A stretch of 64,000 nucleotides of DNA from Omnitrophica bacterium GWA2_41_15 (lineage in GTDB: Bacteria > Omnitrophota > Gorgyraeia > Gygaellales > UBA12090). The position numbers were made by a program, and so were the translations under genes. The notes below the pieces were generated by a model, which was not told the origin of the DNA, did not search any database, and was given only the letters and a program-made list of their open reading frames with translations. The stretch lies in contig CAKKRH010000001.1 of assembly GCA_919902675.1 (NCBI GenBank), forward strand, positions 64,003 through 128,002, written 5' to 3'. Positions within the stretch are counted from its first letter, which is position 1, and every line of letters starts with the position of its first letter. Shown here piece after piece: positions 1-7,230 of this stretch.

Positions 1-2
1 TC

Positions 3-1145
3 TTTTGGATTTTAGCCGGGAAAAGCTTTATCTTTGCCCTAACAGTCTTTATTACGGTCTTGATTATTGCCTGTCCCTGCAGTTTAGGTCTGGCAGTGCC
101 CACGGCGGTAATGGCCGGTACCGGAAGGGCCGCGGAGCGCGGCATTATCATCAAGAACGCCAAAAGCCTGCAAATCGCCCGGCAGATAAAGACCATAATC
201 TTTGACAAGACCGGCACCTTGACTATAGGTAAACCCAGGGTTAGCGATGTCTTTGGTTGCGCCGGGAGCGAGGATGAGATATTGAAGCTGTGCGCCTCCT
301 TAGAAAATAAATCCGAACACCCTTTGGCCGAGGCGGTGGTGGAGGCGGCGAACGCGAAAGGCATTTCCCTGACAGAGGTAGAGGCATTCGAGGCTGTCCC
401 GGGCAAAGGGCTGATTGGAAAAATAGCAGGCGGGAACCTTTTGCTGGGCAGCCGGAGGCTGATGGAGGAAAAAGGCGTCAATTTGCAGTCTGTTGATGAG
501 GGTATCAAGAAATTAGAAACCCAGGGCAAGACGCTGATGTTTTTAGCCAAAGACGGTAAGCTGGCCGGATTGATTGCCGTGAGGGATACCTTAAAAGAAT
601 TTTCTAAGGCGGCAATAGATGGTTTGAAGAAGATGGGTAAGCAGGTGATAATGCTTACCGGTGATAACCAGCGCACTGCCCAGGCTATCGCCGGGGAAGT
701 GGGGATAGCCCAGGTTCTGTCGGAAGTCCTGCCTCAAGATAAGCAGGATGAGATCAAGAAACTGCAAAGCTCAGGCAATAAGGTTGCCTTTGTGGGGGAT
801 GGGATAAACGATGCCCCGGCCCTGACCCAGGCGGATTTGGGCATTGCCATCGGCAGCGGCACGGATGTGGCTATTGAAGCCGGGGATATAATCTTGATTA
901 GAGATGATTTAAGGGATGTTATTTCGGCCCTGGACATCTCTAATTATTTACTGCGCAAGATAAAACAGAATTTATTCTTTTCCTTCTTTTATAACAGCAT
1001 CTCCATCCCTATTGCCGCGGGCCTCTTGTATCCCTTTACCGGATTTCTGCTCAATCCCCTAATAGCTGGAGCGGCAATGGCCTTGAGTTCAGTTTCGGTA
1101 GTAATAAATTCTCTCTTTATACGCCGCTACAAAAGAAATATTTAA
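3..1145 (+). CDS. copA: Heavy-metal (Cu/Ag-type) translocating P1B-type ATPase, C-terminal part; 5' end lies outside the window
   Basis: The frame is open from nt 3. TM6 CPC motif (VLIIACPCSLGLA), phosphorylation site FDKTGTLT, MLTGDN and GDGINDAPAL hinge motifs. Confidence 0.9.
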   Translation, partial: FWILAGKSFIFALTVFITVLIIACPCSLGLAVPTAVMAGTGRAAERGIIIKNAKSLQIARQIKTIIFDKTGTLTIGKPRVSDVFGCAGSEDEILKLCASLENKSEHPLAEAVVEAANAKGISLTEVEAFEAVPGKGLIGKIAGGNLLLGSRRLMEEKGVNLQSVDEGIKKLETQGKTLMFLAKDGKLAGLIAVRDTLKEFSKAAIDGLKKMGKQVIMLTGDNQRTAQAIAGEVGIAQVLSEVLPQDKQDEIKKLQSSGNKVAFVGDGINDAPALTQADLGIAIGSGTDVAIEAGDIILIRDDLRDVISALDISNYLLRKIKQNLFFSFFYNSISIPIAAGLLYPFTGFLLNPLIAGAAMALSSVSVVINSLFIRRYKRNI

Positions 1146-1181
1146 GTGGTCCTTCATAGTTCACAGGTATTCTCTCCCCAA

Positions 1182-1193
1182 GAAAGCGCTTTC
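1182..1193. promoter_or_regulatory. Perfect 12-bp palindrome GAAAGCGCTTTC (candidate operator), copy 1 of 2
   Basis: The identical 12-mer, inside a conserved block of about 40 nt (AGAAAGCGCTTTCC..AAACCCC.GTTTT.GCC.TGTTTT), recurs at 43981..43992 upstream of the paralogous giant gene. Confidence 0.6.
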
Positions 1194-1233
1194 CCCAAAC
1201 CCCGGTTTTAGCCTTGTTTTAGCTTTGTTTATG

Positions 1234-1242
1234 TGGCATACT
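1234..1242 (+). promoter_or_regulatory. Extended -10-like element TGgCATACT upstream of giant gene 1
   Basis: Aligns with TGgTATATT at 44033..44041 in the paralogous upstream region. Phased T-tracts (GTTTTAGCCT TGTTTTAGCT TTGTTTATG) lie just upstream. Confidence 0.45.
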
Positions 1243-1343
1243 TTATATAAGAAGTTGAGACCGTTGCAAAACCCTAAAAAACTCTAATCTTGAAACATTT
1301 CTGTATGAGATCCTTCGTCGGGACTTACGTCACTCCTCAGGAT

Positions 1344-1378
1344 GAGAGCGTTGAAAAGCAGGATTTTTCAACGCTCTC
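1344..1378 (+). other. Perfect 14-bp stem / 7-nt loop hairpin in the giant-gene-1 leader
   Basis: GAGAGCGTTGAAAA gcaggat TTTTCAACGCTCTC. It lies in about 150 nt of leader that the paralog at 44054 lacks. Confidence 0.6.
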
Positions 1379-1403
1379 AAGTTATAACTTCTTCAACAAC
1401 CTT

Positions 1404-4400
1404 ATGCTCCATAATCTTAACAAACTCATATCCCTCTTTATCTCCTTCTGCCTCATCCTTGAGCAGACAGCCTTTGCCCAAAGCCTAGACCTTTCCCGTT
1501 ACCTTGCCAATTCAACCAAGCCTCTCCTCCAAAGCGATAAGTTCCGCCCCTTACATCTAAGATACATCTCCTACGATAACAAAAGCAATGATTTTAAGCT
1601 GTTGTTAGACAAAGGCGATTTTCTGAAGAGCCCGCTGAAGGGACTATCCCCGCCTGCCCCGAGCAAAGCCGAGGGGCAGGGGACTGTCCCTGATGAAGCT
1701 GAAGCAAGGCTCAAAGAGGCCACCCAAGAGCTGATGAAATACTTCTTCATTGGATTGGCCTTACCCAACGAAAAGTTTTGGGTCAACCTAAGGCCGGACT
1801 CCCCCGACAATATCTTGGACCCGGACTTAGAAAAGACCGATATCGGAAGGATATTCTTAGAAGCTGACCTCCAGCTAAAAAAAGACACCTCAAGCCTTAC
1901 CTCCCCCCAGACCCCGGAAGGCAAGGCCTACTGGGATAAGCTCTACCAGAAGGCAGGGGAATTATACGGCACTGAGAATATCACTATTCCCACCCTAACC
2001 CGTCCCTGGATAGTCCCGGATGAAATCATTCTTAGGGAGTCTCCCGATACTAGCGCCTACATCTATAAAGCCACCTTAAAAGTGATGCTGGAAGAAGACT
2101 ATCTTAAGGGTTATCAGCCTTCAGCCTTCAGCTCTCAGCAATCTAGTCCAAACCTCCAACCTTTAACTTCTAACTACAACTTTTCCGATCCTAGGCTAAA
2201 AGAGCTAAATCAGTATTCTACCCAGTTAATCAGAGAAACCATGATCCCTAAACTTACCCGGGAGATCAACTCCTCCAGGAGATACGCTCCACTAAGACAA
2301 GTCTACTACTCTTTGATCTTAGCCCAGCATTTTAAAAAGAAGTTTATAAACAAATCCGGGCCCTATTCAAGCCTTATGGATTCAAGAGATCTCACTAATT
2401 TAACCTCTCCTGAACCCTGGGATAAGCGGACTTACTTTAAGGAATATCAAAAATCTTTCCAGGAGGGTGAATATAATCTCAAAGCCAGTCAGTCCACGAC
2501 CTATGGTCAGGTTATCCGCAGGTATATGAGCGGGGGAGTGGAACTGGGTAACGGTGGTTCTTCATCTCTGATTATTTCGGCGAAAGATAACAGAATTATA
2601 AATCATCCCGGGATATTAAAGGTTAGCAGTGCTATATTGCCCGGCGACCTTAAGGCGCTTGGCAGGCCAACCAGCAGTCCGGCGGTAGAATATGTGTCAA
2701 AATCTAAGGATTTGCAAATTAGCGATAATCCTAAAATTAAACGAATCTGGGGTGAGATGGTTGAGGAGAACCTAAAACTATATAAATTTGCTCAGGAATT
2801 AACCAAGCTTACCGGTGATTATAACTTTATTAATAAATTCCCTGATGAGGATCTGAATAATCTGCGCGTGTTCTATAATAGCCTGAATGAAAAAGATCAG
2901 GTTTATAATTTAGGTTTTATTACTTTTAATAGCGGCATAGGAAAAAGAAGCGGTTCACAATTAGCCGCACGGTTTAAATTCAACCTCATGTTTTTAGCGA
3001 GCATGGTGAATGCTAAAATAGAGCCTGCTGATATTTTTAATAAAGAAAGGAACAATACTTTATTGGATGATAAGGATATGGAAAAGATTGCTTCCGGAAG
3101 GAAACTTAAAGAAGGTGAAGAGCTTCACTATTTATGGAGACATTTTAAGGCAATGAGTGATATTGTCTGGAAGGGAGTTAATAAAAATAAAGTTGATAAA
3201 TTCTTTAGAAGATTTGAGGATTTGCTGGATATTTTTCAGCAAGAACGCCAGTCGTATGATGAGATCGCGCGGGTTCGCCATGCAGGAGAAAAACCATATA
3301 TGGCAATTTTAAAGCAATATCAAAGTCAGATTCCTGAGCTTATTAATTCTGATTCTCCGAGACAATGGATTGAGCGGCAAGAATTAGTTGGGCCAATCAC
3401 CCCTGAAGGAAAAATAGGGAATATAGGGGATTTTCCTAATCCGCGCTTACCGGGTGAATCTATGGGAAAGGTGAGAAAATTCAGGCTTCCCGATGGCCGG
3501 GAGGTTTACGCTAAGCGAGTTAATCCTTTACGCGCGCGATATCCTGAGGAAGAAATTATGATTTCGCTGGAAGTTGATAAAAGCTTAAAGAAGATCAGCC
3601 CTTATTTTGGCGTGCAGGAGTTTATCGGTATTGTGTATGACCATGGGGCTTTTTACTTATTGTCCCTGGCTATCACCGGAGAAAGATATTCGCCAGATAA
3701 AGAAGAAGCGAATGATCCATACCAATTTAAAGCGGAGGTCGAGAAAATTCTAGTGCCTTTAGGTTTGGGCGATATTGAACATTTATTTATTTATAAAGAC
3801 GGAAATATTCATTGTGTGTTCTTAGATTTTGAAACGTTTCCTTATCATTCAGCCAAAGAAGAGAATAAAGCCACGGAAGCCCTTAAAAGCAGTTTGTCAT
3901 TAGGAAGTGACAGAGAAGTCGGAGTGAGGAATATCGTTTCTTCGGCAACTGATGGCGATTCAGGTGAGTTAATTTTTAAAGGTTTTGAAGGTGAGTCTAA
4001 AGCGGAAATATTAACTAAGGTAATTGGATCGCTTCAGAAAACAGCAAAAGAAATAGAAAAAGCAGGAAAAGAGATGGAGGGTGTAGAAAATGAACAAGTA
4101 AATATTTTTGAAAGATATAAAGCATTTAAGGAGGAGATAGAAACCAATCCGAAATTAATAAAGGAAAAGATAGAAAAATTTGGAGAATTGTTGGATAAGT
4201 TTAGCGCGGAGGTGAGAAACATAGTGAAAAATAACAACAACAATGAAGAAAAAGTGTTTTTTTCAGAAGTATATGTTTCTGTATTTTACGATTTAATAGA
4301 TAAAATTAACAAAGCTAGGTGGTACCCGCATTATATTGAATATGGAGCGAAGGTGGATAACTTCATAAGGGTGATGGACGCTTATATAAAATTATTGTCA

Positions 4401-5639
4401 GATATTCAAAGCCCGGAGAAAATTGAGGAAAAATATGCAGAAAGGATGGCTCACCGATTGGCTGAGTCAGTGGGTGAGCCGAAATTGACCTATCGGTTAT
4501 TAAAAGAATACAACAAACTGCCTCAAGAAGAAAAATCATCCGCTATCCCTGGGCAAATAAAAGAAGCAGAAATAGAGGAGATATTAAAGAACTTTCCTTT
4601 AAATAACCCTGATTGGTTGGGCGGGAAATTAAAAAATAGAATAGCAGAGGATTATGGGAGGCTTTCTGTGCTTGAGCCGATTATTGCTGATCAGTATGGC
4701 CAATCGAATGATTTCTTGCGTTTACCCGATGAAACGATGGATAATCTTAAGGCGCAGTTTAAGGAAAAAGCAAATGAATACTTTTATCTGCCGATAATAA
4801 CTAAGCATTGGATAAAGGTATTAACTTATCAATATTGGGTAAATAGTTATAATTATAAGGTGATTATTGCTAAGAAGTCGGCTTTAGAAAAATCGCTTAA
4901 TTATACGTATAGGGATATTGTTGAAGGTAATGATGATATCTTGCTTTTATGGGAATTTACCTTAAGATCGGAGAATAATCCGCCTACCATAATTCTGGAA
5001 CAACAGGGACTTTATAAAGGGTTGAGGAGGCAGGGATTTATCTCTGAGGCGTATCCCTTGTTTGTTCAAGGCTTAGCTGAGAAATTTCCAGGATGGCAGG
5101 TGGAGGGAGAGTTTGAAAATCCTGAAAGACATGAAAACCCTCCCGCGCTTGTTCTTTTTAAGAACTATTTTCTTGATCCACAACCATTAGATGCAAGAAA
5201 AGACGAAGTGCCGGATTACACAGAACCTGCAATATGGAAGGCGAGAATACCGCCATTTAATCCTCCCTCTTCTCCTGTAAACAACCCCGGAGGTATAGAC
5301 TTGAGCGCCTTGCCCGTTACTATTCAATCCGCTTTAAACCAGCCTTTGACGGCCAATATGCCTATGGCCGGCTCAGCTTTAAATCTCAACCTTAATTTAG
5401 ATAAGGAACTCCGGGATATCCAGGATATGCTTAATGCCGGGATTATGCCTGCAAGCGAAAGGATTAGAGAATATGCCTTGGCCTCCTCATCCCTAAAACC
5501 GGAAGACCACAGCCGGGAAATTGACCGGCTGTTGGGCTGTATTGCCGATATCTTCCGCTTGGAGGAGGAAAAGGCCAAACCCACCCCCCAGGCCTTAAAA
5601 GACGCGCTTATTCTGTTGGAATCGGATCTGGCCGCCTAA
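1404..5639 (+). CDS. Giant exported multidomain protein, paralog of 44054..47620 (shared N and C modules; centre has kinase-like and GNAT-like regions)
   Basis: Long ORF 1290..5639. I moved the start to ATG 1404 because the paralog starts at the equivalent Met (MLHNLNKLISLFISFCLILEQTAFA/QS versus MSTRLIKLISSFLSFCLIFEHGVFA/QS, both signal-peptide-like). The alternative start is TTG 1290. Confidence 0.85.
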   Translation: MLHNLNKLISLFISFCLILEQTAFAQSLDLSRYLANSTKPLLQSDKFRPLHLRYISYDNKSNDFKLLLDKGDFLKSPLKGLSPPAPSKAEGQGTVPDEAEARLKEATQELMKYFFIGLALPNEKFWVNLRPDSPDNILDPDLEKTDIGRIFLEADLQLKKDTSSLTSPQTPEGKAYWDKLYQKAGELYGTENITIPTLTRPWIVPDEIILRESPDTSAYIYKATLKVMLEEDYLKGYQPSAFSSQQSSPNLQPLTSNYNFSDPRLKELNQYSTQLIRETMIPKLTREINSSRRYAPLRQVYYSLILAQHFKKKFINKSGPYSSLMDSRDLTNLTSPEPWDKRTYFKEYQKSFQEGEYNLKASQSTTYGQVIRRYMSGGVELGNGGSSSLIISAKDNRIINHPGILKVSSAILPGDLKALGRPTSSPAVEYVSKSKDLQISDNPKIKRIWGEMVEENLKLYKFAQELTKLTGDYNFINKFPDEDLNNLRVFYNSLNEKDQVYNLGFITFNSGIGKRSGSQLAARFKFNLMFLASMVNAKIEPADIFNKERNNTLLDDKDMEKIASGRKLKEGEELHYLWRHFKAMSDIVWKGVNKNKVDKFFRRFEDLLDIFQQERQSYDEIARVRHAGEKPYMAILKQYQSQIPELINSDSPRQWIERQELVGPITPEGKIGNIGDFPNPRLPGESMGKVRKFRLPDGREVYAKRVNPLRARYPEEEIMISLEVDKSLKKISPYFGVQEFIGIVYDHGAFYLLSLAITGERYSPDKEEANDPYQFKAEVEKILVPLGLGDIEHLFIYKDGNIHCVFLDFETFPYHSAKEENKATEALKSSLSLGSDREVGVRNIVSSATDGDSGELIFKGFEGESKAEILTKVIGSLQKTAKEIEKAGKEMEGVENEQVNIFERYKAFKEEIETNPKLIKEKIEKFGELLDKFSAEVRNIVKNNNNNEEKVFFSEVYVSVFYDLIDKINKARWYPHYIEYGAKVDNFIRVMDAYIKLLSDIQSPEKIEEKYAERMAHRLAESVGEPKLTYRLLKEYNKLPQEEKSSAIPGQIKEAEIEEILKNFPLNNPDWLGGKLKNRIAEDYGRLSVLEPIIADQYGQSNDFLRLPDETMDNLKAQFKEKANEYFYLPIITKHWIKVLTYQYWVNSYNYKVIIAKKSALEKSLNYTYRDIVEGNDDILLLWEFTLRSENNPPTIILEQQGLYKGLRRQGFISEAYPLFVQGLAEKFPGWQVEGEFENPERHENPPALVLFKNYFLDPQPLDARKDEVPDYTEPAIWKARIPPFNPPSSPVNNPGGIDLSALPVTIQSALNQPLTANMPMAGSALNLNLNLDKELRDIQDMLNAGIMPASERIREYALASSSLKPEDHSREIDRLLGCIADIFRLEEEKAKPTPQALKDALILLESDLAA
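2115..2177 (+). repeat. Nine heptamer-periodic units (63 nt = 21 codons) inside giant gene 1
   Basis: cagcctt cagcctt cagctct cagcaat ctagtcc aaacctc caacctt taacttc taactac; encodes QPSAFSSQQSSPNLQPLTSNY. Confidence 0.75.
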
Positions 5640-5691
5640 GAGATATATTCTGTTTTAACCAACCAACTATTACATTGTTACAGAAGTTTTT

Positions 5692-5769
5692 GAACAATTG
5701 AACAATAGAAAATAGACCGCAATTGAGCTTTTTTCTTGTCTATTGTTCTATTGTCGATTGCTCAATTGC
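5692..5769. repeat. Nested or alternative inverted repeats built from CAATTG/CTATTG heptamer units
   Basis: 5702..5717 (acaatagaaaatagac) pairs with 5738..5754 (gtctattgttctattgt, 1-nt bulge). 5719..5728 (gcaattgagc) is the exact reverse complement of 5760..5769 (gctcaattgc). A T-run, cttttttctt, lies between them. Confidence 0.7.
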
Positions 5770-5843
5770 TCTGGGCGCTGTTATTAAAAATTTTATGTAA
5801 CAGCGCACTATAGGTGATAGGTGTGAATTATTTCACAAAACGC

Positions 5844-5871
5844 TTGACAGCATAGGATTTGTGTGTTAAAT
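5844..5871 (+). promoter_or_regulatory. Sigma70-type promoter for the nuo operon
   Basis: TTGACA (5844..5849), 16-nt spacer ending in tgtg, TTAAAT (5866..5871), about 60 nt upstream of the nuoA ATG. Confidence 0.6.
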
Positions 5872-5929
5872 TTTGGTTTTCTTGGCTTAAAAGGGATTTT
5901 AAAAGAGTTAAAACCGAATACAGGGTAAT

Positions 5930-6289
5930 ATGTTAGTTAATACCTATAGCAGTGTGCTTTTGTTTTTAGCGGCCTCAACCGTGTTTGTCCTGGCCTCTTT
6001 TGTTACCTCCTGGGTTCTAAGGCCGCACAAGCCCAGCCCTCAGAAGCTCTCTACCTATGAATGCGGCGAACCGACCAAGGGAACCAGCTTTATCCAGTAT
6101 AATGTCCGCTATTACTTGTTTGCCTTAGCCTTTGTTATTTTTGACGTGGAGGCGGTATTTTTACTGCCCTGGGCCGTGGTCTGCAAAGACTTCGGCCTTT
6201 TTGGCTTTATTGAGGCAGTGGTTTTTATCTTTATCCTTTTGGCCGGTTTAGTTTATGCCTGGAAAAAGAAGGTATTGGAATGGCTTTAA
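5930..6289 (+). CDS. nuoA: NADH-quinone oxidoreductase subunit A
   Basis: 119-aa three-TM protein with the YECGE motif; first gene of a colinear nuo cluster. Confidence 0.9.
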   Translation: MLVNTYSSVLLFLAASTVFVLASFVTSWVLRPHKPSPQKLSTYECGEPTKGTSFIQYNVRYYLFALAFVIFDVEAVFLLPWAVVCKDFGLFGFIEAVVFIFILLAGLVYAWKKKVLEWL

Positions 6290-6786
6290 TCAATAAGCTT
6301 CCTATAATTACCGAGAAATTGCCCGGCGGCCAGATTATCCTGTCTTCGGTAGATTTTATCCTGAACTGGTCCAAGGAATCCAGCCTTTGGCCGATGAGCT
6401 TTGGTTTGGCCTGTTGCGCTATTGAGATGATGGCCACCGGAGCCGCCCGATACGATATGGACCGTTTTGGGGCCGGAGTTTTTCGGGCTTCTCCCCGGCA
6501 GTGCGATCTGATGATTGTTGCCGGCACCGTTAATGAGAAAATGTCTAAGCGGCTCAGGTTGTTATATGACCAGATGCCTGAGCCTAAGTATGTGATGGCT
6601 ATGGGCAGTTGCGCTATTTCCGGCGGGCCGTATTATTATGATAGCTATAATGTGGTTAAAGGGGTGGATTTAATTGTTCCGGTGGATGTGCATATTCCGG
6701 GCTGCCCTCCTCGGCCCGAGGCTTTGCTTTTCGGCCTGATGCAGTTACAGAAAAAAATCAAGAAGGAAAGTATTAGAAATGGCTGA
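6280..6786 (+). CDS. nuoB: NADH-quinone oxidoreductase subunit B
   Basis: N2-cluster cysteines: [23 protein letters not shown]. Confidence 0.93.
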   Translation: MALINKLPIITEKLPGGQIILSSVDFILNWSKESSLWPMSFGLACCAIEMMATGAARYDMDRFGAGVFRASPRQCDLMIVAGTVNEKMSKRLRLLYDQMPEPKYVMAMGSCAISGGPYYYDSYNVVKGVDLIVPVDVHIPGCPPRPEALLFGLMQLQKKIKKESIRNG

Positions 6787-7228
6787 TACGGATTGGGTTT
6801 TGGCCCTGAAAAATAAATTTTCTGATGCAGTTGATGAGGTCTTCAGCGGCTGTTTGGTTCTGCCCGGGGAAGATATTTTTAGGGCTATTAGTTTCTTAAA
6901 AAGAGAATACGGTTTTGATTATTTGATGAATCTGGCGGCTTTGGATTATAAGGATAGATTGGCCGTGGTCTATAATTTGTATTCGTTTAAGCTTAAAGGG
7001 AAAGTCTGCCTGAAGGCATTCTTGCCCCGGGATAATCCTGTAATTGAGAGCATAACCGGGATTTTCGCGGCGGCCAATTGGCAGGAAAGGGAGGCCTTTG
7101 ATTTAATGGGAATAAATTTTACCGGCCATCCGGATTTAAGAAGAATCCTCCTGCCGGATGATTATGCCGGCCACCCATTAAGGAAAGATTATACTAAAGA
7201 AGGCCTTCTTCCCATGCCCGCGGTTTAA
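6779..7228 (+). CDS. nuoC: NADH-quinone oxidoreductase subunit C
   Basis: 30-kDa subunit motifs ([23 protein letters not shown]); sits between nuoB and nuoD. Confidence 0.9.
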   Translation: MADTDWVLALKNKFSDAVDEVFSGCLVLPGEDIFRAISFLKREYGFDYLMNLAALDYKDRLAVVYNLYSFKLKGKVCLKAFLPRDNPVIESITGIFAAANWQEREAFDLMGINFTGHPDLRRILLPDDYAGHPLRKDYTKEGLLPMPAV

Positions 7229-7230
7229 CT

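Noticed and set aside
1300-1380. Hammerhead-ribozyme-like fragments (GATGAG ... GAAA) in the giant-gene-1 leader
   Set aside because: The CUGAUGA core and the required three-stem arrangement are not present; only short fragments are similar.
1290-1403. 38-aa N-terminal extension of giant gene 1 from the TTG at 1290
   Set aside because: The paralog starts at the Met equivalent to 1404. The extension would bury the signal-peptide-like segment, and it contains the 14-bp hairpin. I kept it only as an alternative start.
6231-6527. Antisense ORF (98 aa), together with similar minus-strand ORFs inside nuo genes (8291..8662, 10004..10225, 11155..11358, 11538..11756, 13296..13505)
   Set aside because: They lie entirely within well-supported plus-strand nuo genes and have no motifs or RBS. 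These are typical shadow ORFs.
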